Positions 30,429 to 40,685 of a stretch of DNA of 64,000 nucleotides are shown in pieces. The notes under the pieces are model-generated. The model did not search any database. It was not told where the DNA came from and worked only from the letters and a program-made list of their open reading frames with translations. How positions within the stretch are numbered: position 1 is the stretch's first letter; the number at the start of each line of letters is the position of its first letter. Made by a program: the position numbers and the translations under genes. Source of the DNA: Acidobacteriota bacterium (GTDB lineage: Bacteria; Acidobacteriota; UBA6911); NCBI GenBank assembly GCA_963664705.1, contig OY761556.1:5760001-5824000 (forward strand). Direction: 5' to 3'.

Positions 30429-31367
30429 ATGCAGGAGTATCTGAAATGGATCCTGGCGTCTTTGGCAGTCCTGATAGCGGCTGTGGCCGTGTATCCGTTC
30501 CTCGTTCGCGATAGCGAGACCCTCGTATTGGATGATGTGGCGCGCGCATCGATGCCAAATGAATCCTTCGCGAAGCTGTCGGACGGGTACACCCATTACC
30601 AATGTGGTGGCCCCAAGGACGGCCCTACCGTCGTACTGATCCATGGCGCTGCAACACCCCTATTTATTTGGGATTATCAGTTCGGCGCGCTGGCGCAGGC
30701 TGGCTTTCATGTCCTCCGTTATGACCTCTTCGGACGAGGTTTATCGGATCGTCCAAGCGCGTACACGGCGGACCTTTACGATCGGCAATTACTGGAATTG
30801 CTCGATTCGCAGGGCATCACAACGCCCGTGGATTTGGCTGGATTATCGTTGGGTGGCGTGGTCACGATACAGTTCATCGATCGTCATCCTGAGCGCGTAA
30901 GGAAATTCGCGCTCTTTGGCGTAGGCTTCTTTAAGGGATATCCGCTGTCCATGCGAATTCTCAGTTTGCCCGTCATAGGCGAGTGGCTGATAAAGGGCTT
31001 TGGGGAGAGAGCGATGAAATCAAATGTTTCAAGCCTGATGAGCAATCCCGAAAAAGCACGGGAATATATGCAGAAAATGTCACAGCAAATGAGATATAAA
31101 GGATTCAAAAAAGCGCTCCTGGCAATATTACGGGACAACTCGCTGGGAGATTTGAGGCCGGCCTACGAACGCGTTGGCAAGAGCGGCAAGCCGGGCATAC
31201 TGTTCATGGGTACTGAGGATCACCTGGCGTCATTTGCACAGCACACTCAGTTGCAGGCGGTCATTCCGTCTCTTGAATTTCACGCCGTTGAAGGTGCCGG
31301 CCATGACGCGGTTTTTGAGGCGCCCGAGGCGGTGAATCCGCCGCTAATCGAATTTCTGAAACGCTGA
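30429..31367 (+). CDS. Membrane-anchored alpha/beta hydrolase (paralog B)
   Basis: Close paralog of 26436-27368 at DNA and protein level; GLSLGG nucleophile. Confidence 0.9.
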   Translation: MQEYLKWILASLAVLIAAVAVYPFLVRDSETLVLDDVARASMPNESFAKLSDGYTHYQCGGPKDGPTVVLIHGAATPLFIWDYQFGALAQAGFHVLRYDLFGRGLSDRPSAYTADLYDRQLLELLDSQGITTPVDLAGLSLGGVVTIQFIDRHPERVRKFALFGVGFFKGYPLSMRILSLPVIGEWLIKGFGERAMKSNVSSLMSNPEKAREYMQKMSQQMRYKGFKKALLAILRDNSLGDLRPAYERVGKSGKPGILFMGTEDHLASFAQHTQLQAVIPSLEFHAVEGAGHDAVFEAPEAVNPPLIEFLKR

Positions 31368-31481
31368 TCTTGATCCTTATCCTATTGATTGCGCGAGCCC
31401 GCGGGAAAATCCCTAAAGAAAACGCAAAAAGCCGACGTAATAGCTCTCATAAACCAATCGATTCGGAAGGGGAGATCAGCT

Positions 31482-31880
31482 ATGTGGATTGAGGCAGCTT
31501 GTTTCGGGTCTTATGTTCTTGCTGCGACGGTAGGACTCATTAGATTTTCGCGTCTCAGGAATTTTCTGGCACAAACTCCGTGCATTTTGAACGAGTCTCG
31601 TATCGCGCAATATAGAAAACTTACTCGAAATCAGATCGGCCTTCTATATACCGGGACTGCATTTCTGCTGGCTGGAATATTGACAGGCGCCGTTACAATG
31701 ATACGACATGGCGTCAGCGGACTTATCGCCATGGTCCTGGTAAACGGGATGGTACTGGGAATAGGATTTCGGCTGCGGAGCCTCGAAAAGAAGGTGCGCG
31801 GCATACCGTCCGGATCAGATAGCCTAAGCGTGGAATACCAGCGTGTTACTGAGACTTGGGCAAAAAATATGCTCTCCTAA
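31482..31880 (+). CDS. Hypothetical membrane protein
   Basis: GGAG RBS, three hydrophobic segments. Confidence 0.6.
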   Translation: MWIEAACFGSYVLAATVGLIRFSRLRNFLAQTPCILNESRIAQYRKLTRNQIGLLYTGTAFLLAGILTGAVTMIRHGVSGLIAMVLVNGMVLGIGFRLRSLEKKVRGIPSGSDSLSVEYQRVTETWAKNMLS

Positions 31881-31946
31881 CATTTCGAAAAGATCACTGC
31901 TTGCCGGCTATTGCTTTTAAAAAAAGGCAACAAAATATCTGTGGCT

Positions 31947-32072
31947 GTAGTGAACAGCAGTGAACAGTAGTGAAACAACAAAATGCGTCAATAGCCAGTT
32001 ACTATGAGGCTTTAATCCAGGACAGTTTGTTTCACTGTTGTTCAGGACAGTTGATAGATCATAGTTCTATCA
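31947..32072. repeat. Cluster of tandem and inverted repeats
   Basis: GTAGTGAACA/GCAGTGAACA/GTAGTGAAAC tandem; inverted copy TTGTTTCACTGTTGTTCA 32027-32044; CAGGACAGTT x2; TGATAGA-N7-TCTATCA. Confidence 0.6.
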
Positions 32073-32355
32073 GGGTTACCGGCCCATTCGCCAAATTATA
32101 AAATATCCCAAGCCTCAGACCCTTGTTGGCGATCAACTTTCGGAAGAATCAGCATCTCCAAATCTGTTAGTGGAGCAGGCGCACTCACAATAATGTTCCT
32201 TTTCGGCTGGATGCCTTACTGCAAAATTGCCGGTCGATCATATCAATTTGCAGGTACATTGTGGTATTCCGCTCCAAATGTGGGACCAAACGAAAAGCAA
32301 AACGCTGTGTTCCAAAGCACTGTTTAAGAGTTTTCCCGGCAGGAAGCATTTGCAT

Positions 32356-33642
32356 TCACTTGGTTTGTTTAGGCTTCCATTCCCTGGCTTGCTTCCGGGC
32401 TTCTTCTACTTGCCACGGTGTCATCTTCTTGGCAATGGAATCGCATAGATCTGTGGCTTCCTTTTGCCATCGTGCGATTTGGCTTGCTAACAACTCACGA
32501 GCATTTGACGGTGCCTTTTCGACTTGGTCACCCGAATTGATGGCAGCCAGTGTCAGCCACATATATGCCTGAATATAGTCCTGTGCGACAACTTTCCCTT
32601 CGGCGTATGCCGATCCTAAAGCTAATTGCGAACCGACATTGCCTTCTTCCGCAGTCTTACGCATAAAACGGAATTTTTCGACCGGATCCCAAAGCTGGTC
32701 ATAGTCTTTGACCGAGAGAAACCGCAGGGGCATGTTGCGATCAATATCATTTCCGAAGTATGCCGATGGATCAACGCTTGGATCCGAGGAAAATCCAACC
32801 TTGTAAATGCTATTGCCTTTTCCGTCCGTCCATTCTTTTAAATTGATAAAGTAGTCGGCTTTTCTGAGCTTGGCCATTTCATATAGACACCTGACTACAA
32901 ACATTGTCCTTGGAACGGAAGCGCCAGAAGTAAAACTCACTCTTATGATCGAGAACCTGTCAAATCGTTCGATTTCATCAAGGGCCATGACCAATGCTTT
33001 ACCGTTAATCGTATTGACCTTGTCATTGACTGCATTGTGATACAGGTCTGATGGATTGTTGGATTTTATGGCGCCAGGCTCTTGCAAGGATCTATTTGAA
33101 GGAGAGGATAGGCTGGGATTTTCCTGCCCCAAAGCACCATCCGGCTTCTCGTCAGTCTTGTGAAAATAGAGAATCCTTGGAGGTGAATTTTCTGAAGACG
33201 AGCTGCAACGTATCGAGCTTAAGGTCAGGGTTTTGCCATCATCGGAAAGAGACCATTCCCTTTCTATACAATTCCGCACCTGACCATTTTCCATCCTGAT
33301 TTCCTGGATTACTTTTACGCTTCTTTGCTGCAGCGTGGCCTTGGTTATTTGCAGATCGTTTTTTATGGGGGGCGGTGCTGAAGCGGGCATAGGTTCAACC
33401 TTCTCTTTTCCATCCAGATTAAAGGTTTCGAGTACCCGAGAGGTGCGGATTTGGAATTCACTGCTTTTGTGCAAGATGACATAAGGTGCTGGTTTTTCAC
33501 TCAAAACCGCTCCCTGCATGCCGGATTCCTGAGCGTCGAGCTCCCAGTGGCCGCTGAAGTTGACCGGCTGATCTTCTGCAGAACCCAAACGGGCAAATGC
33601 AAATAAGCTTAGCAATAGAATTGTGCTTTTAACCATCGACAT
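32356..33642 (-). CDS. Secreted multidomain protein with a C-terminal Sel1-like repeat
   Basis: Signal peptide, NFSGHWELD...EWSLSDDGKTLT barrel, AEEGNVGSQLALGSAYAEGKVVAQDYIQAYMWLTLAA, KKMTPWQVEEARKQAREWKP. Confidence 0.8.
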   Translation of the reverse strand: MSMVKSTILLLSLFAFARLGSAEDQPVNFSGHWELDAQESGMQGAVLSEKPAPYVILHKSSEFQIRTSRVLETFNLDGKEKVEPMPASAPPPIKNDLQITKATLQQRSVKVIQEIRMENGQVRNCIEREWSLSDDGKTLTLSSIRCSSSSENSPPRILYFHKTDEKPDGALGQENPSLSSPSNRSLQEPGAIKSNNPSDLYHNAVNDKVNTINGKALVMALDEIERFDRFSIIRVSFTSGASVPRTMFVVRCLYEMAKLRKADYFINLKEWTDGKGNSIYKVGFSSDPSVDPSAYFGNDIDRNMPLRFLSVKDYDQLWDPVEKFRFMRKTAEEGNVGSQLALGSAYAEGKVVAQDYIQAYMWLTLAAINSGDQVEKAPSNARELLASQIARWQKEATDLCDSIAKKMTPWQVEEARKQAREWKPKQTK

Positions 33643-33950
33643 CCTCCAGTCAAGGCCAGGAATGGCCCACTATCGCATTGATAGGAACCTGCACGATCCA
33701 AAGCTGCGGTCGCTCAGTTTAGGTGATCAGCTTCCATCTGATCATCAGGCAGATGCAATCATTTTTCAAATCGCTGTTTGCCACAATTCCAACACGGTTC
33801 AATGAAGAGGAATTTCTTGCATCCCCGCAATGCGCTAAATCGCAAGCTCAACAGATATGATGTTGGTGTCCAGGATAGCACTGTCAAAGGGCGGGACTGT
33901 TGAATTTGGATGACCAAGTCGGCTCTCCTTATTTGGTATGGCAGCGCTAC

Positions 33951-36170
33951 CTAAAAGGATGGACCAAACGAGAGATAAAACCTGAGCTTTCTGGCCTGAC
34001 CAATACCCGCCGCTATTCGGATAGGGCCTAGCATGGTGTCAAAAGCAAAGCCGATTGCTCCCCCGTGCACTGTTTCATAATGCATGCTGATTCCGGGCTT
34101 GACTCCTATTTCCGCCAGATTGTATTCCACAGACAAGTAGCCTTTTCTTACAAATCCCAAGGGGTCCAGCGAGAATAGTTGGGGACGATACGTTAGGCTG
34201 GCTATTGCCATATTTGGACTGACAAGTTCATCCCGCTCAAAGCCGACAAGGCGGTACGTGGAATCATCATAGCTTCCATATCCTCCTATATAGGCGTTTT
34301 CGAAAATGGGAAGGTTTGAGCCGGAATGGAATGTTGCCAGACGCAAGGTAAATGTATTCCGGCAATTTGGAGAGAAGTGCTTTTGCACTTCGCCCTGGAG
34401 GATGCTGTGTTGCAGATCCGCCCCAAGCTTCGGTATACGGCTATCAATTTGGAAGTTCATGCGCATTCCAGAACGAGCGAACTCCTGAGCATCGAGCGTA
34501 TCGCGCCGAATATTCAATCGCAGTCCGCTCAAATTGGTGTTTTTGGTTGAAGAATTGGAGGCCGCTTCCGGAACAAACTTCTCGGCCTCAAACCGATAAC
34601 CTGCTGAAATTTCAAGAGACCGGGACAATCGCGTCCCGAACATCAGCTGTGCACTGTGACGCTTGTCAAGATAGGTTTCTTTGCCTTCCAAAGTCCTGAC
34701 AAAACGCTCTCGCCTAGACGTTTGTACCTGTGGTTCGATAAAGAGAAAGGGAAGCTTGGGATGAATTAATCTAAGCGCAGCCATCTGATAGCCTGTTTCT
34801 CCGAACTTAGCCGATAGTGTGCCATAGGAAGTAGTCCCGAAAAGGTTGTGGCCCGTGAATTCGATTAATCCCTGAACGTTATATTCTTGGTCGTATCGCA
34901 AGCTTGCGCCAAGGGTATTCAGGGACGACTCGGCTAATAGAAATACAAGTTTACAGTGATGGGTTTCTATAGGCCGGCATTCATAATCCACATTATCGAA
35001 CATACCGGTGGCATATAGATTCTGGGTATCAACGCTGAGTTTTCGTGGATCAATAGTGTCGCCGGGCCTGGATTTGACCTGACGAAGATAATAGGAATGG
35101 AGGGATTTATTGAAATGCCTTGACGAGGAGGCAGTCTCGAAAGCAATCGAATCAATAACAGGATCATTTGTGGCAGAAGGTGTTCTTTCGCGAACCGAAA
35201 CACTCTCCCCGATCAATGCCCGGATTTCACTAATCCGAGCTTCCGCAGCTGCCTCCCCGCGAGCGATGATGGCGCGTATTTGTGAATAGCTTGTGTGCTT
35301 ATATCCATCCAGTCGGGGCTGCACGACTATCTGAGCATATTGGTAATGCGGTTTCACAGTCTGCTTGGTGATCAGGCCGAGAGACTGATCAACCACGTTA
35401 TAGAAATTGCTAACTTCTTCATAGGCCAAATCAGGGGATGTGACATCAACGCCGATCACGATGTCGGCGCCCATTTGCGCCGGAATATCTGTCGGGAGCT
35501 GGTTGGAAAGACCGCCGTCCACCAAATGCAAGCCGTTCTTGGCAACCGTTGTAAAAAATATGGGCTGTGAAATGGATGCACGGATTGCCTCACTCAGCCG
35601 ACCGTTTCTGAAAATATAGGGTGCGCCCGTTGACAGATCGGTTGCTATGGCACGAAACGGTATCGGTAGGCGATCGAAATCATAGTGGGCTGAATAGATG
35701 GCTTTGAATGTCCACTCATTCAGCAATTCAGTCAGTTTCTGCCCGCGCAGAAGACCCGTTGGCAGATTGGGGCTAAGCCCTTTCAGATCGAGCCGGACCA
35801 GTTGGCGCAAGTTGCGGTCCTGAACAAGCGGCGCTCGCGTCCGCTCAGGCTGATTTCTGAAAATATCTTGCCAGTGACCTAGTATAAGAGTCTCAATCTC
35901 ATCGGCCGAGTACCCGGCCGAGTACAATCCTCCCACAATTGCCCCAAAGCTGGTGCCCGCGATGCAATCAACCCTGATCCCTTCCCGCTCGAGCACCTTG
36001 AGAACACCGATTTCCGCAGCTCCTCTCGCACCGCCTCCACTAAGCGCAAGACCGATGCGCGGCCTGTTTTGGTCCGCTTTCTCCGCACAAAGCACTGGGG
36101 TCAAAAATATCTGCATGACCATAAGCACTGCCAGAACCAAAAATGCCCCGCATTGAGAAAAAGCCAGCAT
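33951..36170 (-). CDS. Patatin-POTRA-Omp85 barrel protein (type Vd/PlpD-like phospholipase)
   Basis: LALSGGGARG, GTSFG, LVDGG, POTRA-like segment, C-terminal beta-barrel ending YLSFGPSF. Confidence 0.9.
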   Translation of the reverse strand: MLAFSQCGAFLVLAVLMVMQIFLTPVLCAEKADQNRPRIGLALSGGGARGAAEIGVLKVLEREGIRVDCIAGTSFGAIVGGLYSAGYSADEIETLILGHWQDIFRNQPERTRAPLVQDRNLRQLVRLDLKGLSPNLPTGLLRGQKLTELLNEWTFKAIYSAHYDFDRLPIPFRAIATDLSTGAPYIFRNGRLSEAIRASISQPIFFTTVAKNGLHLVDGGLSNQLPTDIPAQMGADIVIGVDVTSPDLAYEEVSNFYNVVDQSLGLITKQTVKPHYQYAQIVVQPRLDGYKHTSYSQIRAIIARGEAAAEARISEIRALIGESVSVRERTPSATNDPVIDSIAFETASSSRHFNKSLHSYYLRQVKSRPGDTIDPRKLSVDTQNLYATGMFDNVDYECRPIETHHCKLVFLLAESSLNTLGASLRYDQEYNVQGLIEFTGHNLFGTTSYGTLSAKFGETGYQMAALRLIHPKLPFLFIEPQVQTSRRERFVRTLEGKETYLDKRHSAQLMFGTRLSRSLEISAGYRFEAEKFVPEAASNSSTKNTNLSGLRLNIRRDTLDAQEFARSGMRMNFQIDSRIPKLGADLQHSILQGEVQKHFSPNCRNTFTLRLATFHSGSNLPIFENAYIGGYGSYDDSTYRLVGFERDELVSPNMAIASLTYRPQLFSLDPLGFVRKGYLSVEYNLAEIGVKPGISMHYETVHGGAIGFAFDTMLGPIRIAAGIGQARKLRFYLSFGPSF

Positions 36171-36421
36171 GATGTCTCCCAAATCCCCGAATTTGTTTTC
36201 TATAACAAGAGACTGCGAAAAGTTAGGAAATTAGACAATCAACCCACTAGTCCCGTAGGGAAAACGATAGAGAGATTGAATAATTCCATACCGTCTGCAT
36301 TGGGTTTTGCCTAATATGGAATGCAATTCGAACCCAAAGCACCTAACCGAAGGGAGCCCTTTCTTTATTTTGTTGTCCACCGGGGCTTTCATTTGCAGTC
36401 TGATTATTGTGAGGCAAAGCT

Positions 36422-37045
36422 ATGAGTCAGGATCCGGCTGAAACTCAGGGTCTTCTGGAACAAGCCAAGACAGGCGATCATTCTGCTTTTGAGGAACTTT
36501 TTAATCGGCACCGGGGGCGGCTGCAAAAGGCTATAGCCATTCGGATGGACCGACGCATTGCGGCGCGTGTGGATGCATCGGATATTCTACAGGAAACCTA
36601 CCTCGAGGCATTCAAGAGACTCCCAAGATATCTTCAACAGGAGGGGATGCCTTTTTACCTTTGGCTCCACTGGATTGCCCGGGAAAAGGTGCTGGGGTTG
36701 CACCGTCGACACCTGGGCGCGGATAAGCGCGCAGTTCAGCGCGAGGTGCCGCTAATGCCGGCGGACAGTTCCGTGGAATTCGTGAGCGGCATGATCGGCC
36801 GCGGACCATCGCCAAGTCAGGAGTTGGCTAAAGCCGAGCTCGCGGAACAACTGAGCAAGGCATTGGGACAACTCGATGATGATGAACGCGACCTGATCCT
36901 CTGGCGGCATTTCGAACAACTAAGTGCGCGCGACACGGCACAGCTTCTCCAGATATCCGAAGCCGCTGCCGCCAAGCGATACATTCGGGCTGTCGAGAGG
37001 CTACGCACGCTTTTGATCGGACTTGGAGTCTCCGGCCCTCGGTAG
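36422..37045 (+). CDS. ECF sigma factor (planctomycete-like, kinase-associated)
   Basis: RVDASDILQETYLEAF, LHRRHLGADKRAVQRE, PSPSQ, LILWRHFEQLS...AAAKRYIRAVERLR. Confidence 0.9.
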   Translation: MSQDPAETQGLLEQAKTGDHSAFEELFNRHRGRLQKAIAIRMDRRIAARVDASDILQETYLEAFKRLPRYLQQEGMPFYLWLHWIAREKVLGLHRRHLGADKRAVQREVPLMPADSSVEFVSGMIGRGPSPSQELAKAELAEQLSKALGQLDDDERDLILWRHFEQLSARDTAQLLQISEAAAAKRYIRAVERLRTLLIGLGVSGPR

Positions 37046-37181
37046 CTTTAGATTCATTTTTACTGCGTATGGAAGTTGAAAGCCTTTGAATCTCGAAGGA
37101 TCAAGGAGTAACTAGAGGCGAACGCTCTACTTCTACTCTTTCATTCCCCTAGGGTTCATTACGGAAAGGCGGGATGGCGGT

Positions 37182-40100
37182 ATGAATGAAGACTCCTTGC
37201 TTGGGCAATTAGTTGATGAATTCACAAGTAGAGTCCGGGAAGGGAAGCCGCCGGACGTTGAGGAATATGTCAATCGCTATCCCCAATTGGCCGGCCGCAT
37301 ACGGGAGCTGTTCCCAACGTTGATGCTTCTTGAGGGTATAGGCGTTACCCGCTGTGGCACTGCAACCCAAGCTATGGCGTCTCCGCTCTCTGAAAACTCG
37401 GTTTTTGGCAGCTACCATATAAAGCGGGAGATTGGCCGGGGAGGTATGGGGATCGTCTATGAAGCGGTCCATGCGCTTCTTGAAAAGAAAGTTGCTTTGA
37501 AGGTTCTGCCGGTCGGGACTCTCGCGGGCGCGGATCAACTTGAGCGTTTTTTCCGCGAAGCAAGGATGGCTGCCGGGTTGCACCATACAAATATCGTATC
37601 GGTGTTCGATGTGGGACAGGTTGCCGGAACACCCTATTATGCAATGCAGTACATCGAAGGCAGCAGCCTCGATCAGATTTTGCACATAATGCAATCGGCT
37701 TCAGGGCAGGACGCTGTAGATCCATCCGCACGCATTCAAGCCGGGTTGCCAGGCAGCGCCGAAGATTATTTCAGCTGGGTTTCAGGAATAGGAATGCAGG
37801 CCGCAGAAGGTTTGGCATATGCGCATGAGCGCAAAATCATCCACCGCGACATCAAACCCTCAAATCTATTGCTCGACAATCAAGGGGTGCTCTGGATCGC
37901 CGACTTCGGACTTGCCAGGAAGATCGAAGACCCGGCAATGACACAGAGCGGCGTAATGCTGGGGACTCCTCGCTACATGAGCCCCGAACAGGCCGAATCC
38001 ACCAGGCGCACCGTCGACCAACGCAGCGACATTTATAGTCTAGGAGCAACCCTCTATGAGCTTCTGACCTGCCGACCGGTATTTGAAGGAAAGACTCCGC
38101 AGGAAGTGTTGTCGCAAATCGTCACTCGCGAACCGGTTGCGCCGAGGCGGCTGAACCCGGATATCCCCGCTGATTTAGCGATCATTGTTATGAAAGCCAT
38201 GGCCAAGCGTCCGGACGATCGATACCAATCGGCTCGTGATTTGGCAGATGATCTCGAGCACTGGCGGAAAATGGAGCCGATCAACGCCCGGCCGATCGGA
38301 CCCTTCGGACGCACAATCCGCTGGTGCCGTCGCAATCCACGGGTGTCGGCGATAACGGCTGCTGCCATTGCTGTCATTGTTCTTCTCACCGGCATTTATA
38401 TTGCAGGCATGACAAAGAAAAACCGGGAGATTCAAGCGGCTCTCTCCCGCGCCGAACTGGGCACAGCCGCGGTACAGGCAGCGCTCCGGGATGACTCCCA
38501 AGCGTACATTAGACGAGCTACCGAGATTGCCAGACTCGACCAGGTAATGCATGGATCCGAAAATATCGAATTATTGCCGCAGGCCGTCAACGATTTATTA
38601 ATCATTCAGTTCTCTCAAAAAAAGGAATCACCTGAAATTAGACAGGTTTTGGCCGAATCGGAAAAGCGGGCGCTTGAGATGGCAAGACGCGCTGTGGACG
38701 TGCATGATGCCAGGTTCGTGGAATCGATCGGTCTTCTGGGTGAGTACTTCGAAGGCAAAAATGATTTACATCAGGCAGAGTGGCTATACCGCCAAGCGCT
38801 CGCGCTCGCAAGGCCGCTCCCAGAAAATCGGGGAGTCATCGAGAGATTAACCAATAAGATGAAATCGTTGTCGGAGAAACGGGTGGAGCTTTTGCAGAAA
38901 GAGGCTGAATCTGCCCTAAATTCTGGAGAGATTGCAAAGGCTGGAACCATATATCGCGAGGCACTCAAAATCCGTCGCGAGATCTCGGGTGGAGAGGATA
39001 TCCGAGATGTGATACTGGAACGGAATCTCGGTTCGGCTCTTGTGGAGTCAGGTCAACTCGAAGAAGGCGAGAAGGTTCTACGCAACAACTATCGATTATG
39101 CCTGACCAAGCTGGGCAAAGATAATCCCTCGACTCAAATGGTCGTGCGGAGCCTGATCTCGCTCTATGCCACCTGGAAAAAACAGCCTGAGAAGATTGCC
39201 GAATATTGCGCTGCCCTGCCTCATCCTGAAATAGTCAGCATAAAGGAATTGGGTGCGCAATCCTTTACTGAATCCGGAGAGGGACCATTCAGTGCTGCGT
39301 GGAATGGAAAGCAGGTCTGGGCTCTTGGGAATACGGCCGGACCGGGGACGACATCCAGCAGTTGGCTATGGAATGATGCCGGCCAAAAAGGAGATAAGCT
39401 AGGACCCTGGCGCCAGCGCAAGGACGAGCATGGACGGAGCCTATCACTGTTGCCTCTCACGGCAGACGAGGATGAATTCAACCGTGCCCGCGCCGATACT
39501 CGCTGCCGCGAAAACTGCCAGGAGTACTGGAACATAACGCCTGGTCCGATAATTCCTCTTCCTGGAAATAAGGGCGCACTGCTTTTTTACGGCAAAAACT
39601 TTATTCGTCCAGGCGATATCTTCAAGAATAGATCCACCGTGGGGACCTCAATTGCGATTTGGAAGGATCCCACTGCTCCGGCCGCCCGCAAGGATCTCAG
39701 ACCTGGGGCACCTGAGCCAACGCTTTTGTTTCAGCAGCCGGAGCCTTCAATCGGCATCCAGGCGTTTGCCTGGGCAAACTACCTGTATGCCTACGGCCGG
39801 ACTCCTGATCAGGGCGATCAGCTGATCGTCGCTCGCGCTCCCCTGGACGAAGCTCTTCAGCGAGGCGCCTGGCGTTTCTATTCCGGATACGGCCGATGGT
39901 CGGAGGCATGGCAGGAGGCAGTGCCCGTAATGAAGGGTTATCGTGGATCAATAGACTGGAACTGGTATTTAGGAAAATTGGTCCGGGTGTCGAACCATTT
40001 CCCATCTGATAACATGCTTTCCATCAGTACTTCAGATCGGCCCGAAGGACCTTGGTCCCAGTCTCAGGATATTCCATTAGGCCATAGACCAGACTCAAGG

Positions 40101-40226
40101 ATCAATTATCCATTGGCACATTCTGAATTGTCAGAAGAACGCGGACGAGTGCAGTATGTGACATATCAGCTCGAAACCGGCCTTTTCAAAACCGAAACCC
40201 GCTTTGTCGAGATCGTTTTCAAGTGA
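37182..40226 (+). CDS. Ser/Thr kinase with TM, TPR and C-terminal DUF4185-like domain
   Basis: IGRGGMGIVY, VALK, HRDIKPSN, DFG, GTPRYMSPEQ; TM; TPRs; YLYAYG...LIVARAP...WRFYSG...WNWYLGK...RPEGPWS. Confidence 0.88.
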   Translation: MNEDSLLGQLVDEFTSRVREGKPPDVEEYVNRYPQLAGRIRELFPTLMLLEGIGVTRCGTATQAMASPLSENSVFGSYHIKREIGRGGMGIVYEAVHALLEKKVALKVLPVGTLAGADQLERFFREARMAAGLHHTNIVSVFDVGQVAGTPYYAMQYIEGSSLDQILHIMQSASGQDAVDPSARIQAGLPGSAEDYFSWVSGIGMQAAEGLAYAHERKIIHRDIKPSNLLLDNQGVLWIADFGLARKIEDPAMTQSGVMLGTPRYMSPEQAESTRRTVDQRSDIYSLGATLYELLTCRPVFEGKTPQEVLSQIVTREPVAPRRLNPDIPADLAIIVMKAMAKRPDDRYQSARDLADDLEHWRKMEPINARPIGPFGRTIRWCRRNPRVSAITAAAIAVIVLLTGIYIAGMTKKNREIQAALSRAELGTAAVQAALRDDSQAYIRRATEIARLDQVMHGSENIELLPQAVNDLLIIQFSQKKESPEIRQVLAESEKRALEMARRAVDVHDARFVESIGLLGEYFEGKNDLHQAEWLYRQALALARPLPENRGVIERLTNKMKSLSEKRVELLQKEAESALNSGEIAKAGTIYREALKIRREISGGEDIRDVILERNLGSALVESGQLEEGEKVLRNNYRLCLTKLGKDNPSTQMVVRSLISLYATWKKQPEKIAEYCAALPHPEIVSIKELGAQSFTESGEGPFSAAWNGKQVWALGNTAGPGTTSSSWLWNDAGQKGDKLGPWRQRKDEHGRSLSLLPLTADEDEFNRARADTRCRENCQEYWNITPGPIIPLPGNKGALLFYGKNFIRPGDIFKNRSTVGTSIAIWKDPTAPAARKDLRPGAPEPTLLFQQPEPSIGIQAFAWANYLYAYGRTPDQGDQLIVARAPLDEALQRGAWRFYSGYGRWSEAWQEAVPVMKGYRGSIDWNWYLGKLVRVSNHFPSDNMLSISTSDRPEGPWSQSQDIPLGHRPDSRINYPLAHSELSEERGRVQYVTYQLETGLFKTETRFVEIVFK

Positions 40227-40384
40227 ATTTTTATATTCCTCAGTTCATCTTTGCAAAAAGAGCTGGAATTCAAGTTTGCCGGACAATGTCCAATTTACGC
40301 CGGGACTGCAGTTACGTGGGCAGGTACGCCAAAGCCCAAGGATTTACGATTACACATGATGGGCGGTCCGCGGTTCTCGATATG

Positions 40385-40576
40385 TCCGAGAGACATCAGA
40401 TCGAATTTCGAGCCGAGGCCTTCAACGTCACAAATAGCTTGCGCCTGGGCAATCCGGATACAAACTTGAGCAGTGGGACCTTCGGCAAGATTACCTCAAG
40501 TGCAAATCCTCAGGGCCTTCAGACTGGTAACAATGGCGGCAGGGTCATGCAGTTTGCTTTGAAGTATATTTTTTAG
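40385..40576 (+). pseudogene. 3' remnant of an Oar-like TonB-dependent receptor
   Basis: ERHQIEFRAEAFNVTNSLRLGNPDTNLSSGTFGKITS...RVMQFALKYIF; the rest of the gene is absent. Confidence 0.8.
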
Positions 40577-40594
40577 GGGAAAACTTCAGCTTGA

Positions 40595-40685
40595 AAAAAC
40601 GTCACTAATTTCGCGGATGGTAACGAATGGCTTCCAGACCAGCCCCGCAACATTTGTGTCAATTCGTGGAATTAGTGGCGTTTTT
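40595..40685. repeat. REP-like palindrome overlapping the LysR stop codon
   Basis: AAAAACGTCACTAATT...CGAATG / CATTTG...AATTAGTGGCGTTTTT. Confidence 0.55.

Noticed and set aside
31947-32095. CRISPR array or intact tRNA
   Set aside because: Repeats are 10 bp with no spacers; no cloverleaf or TTCG T-loop
33840-33890. PIN/VapC-like start AILDTNIIS on the minus strand
   Set aside because: Too short and followed by stops; could be chance
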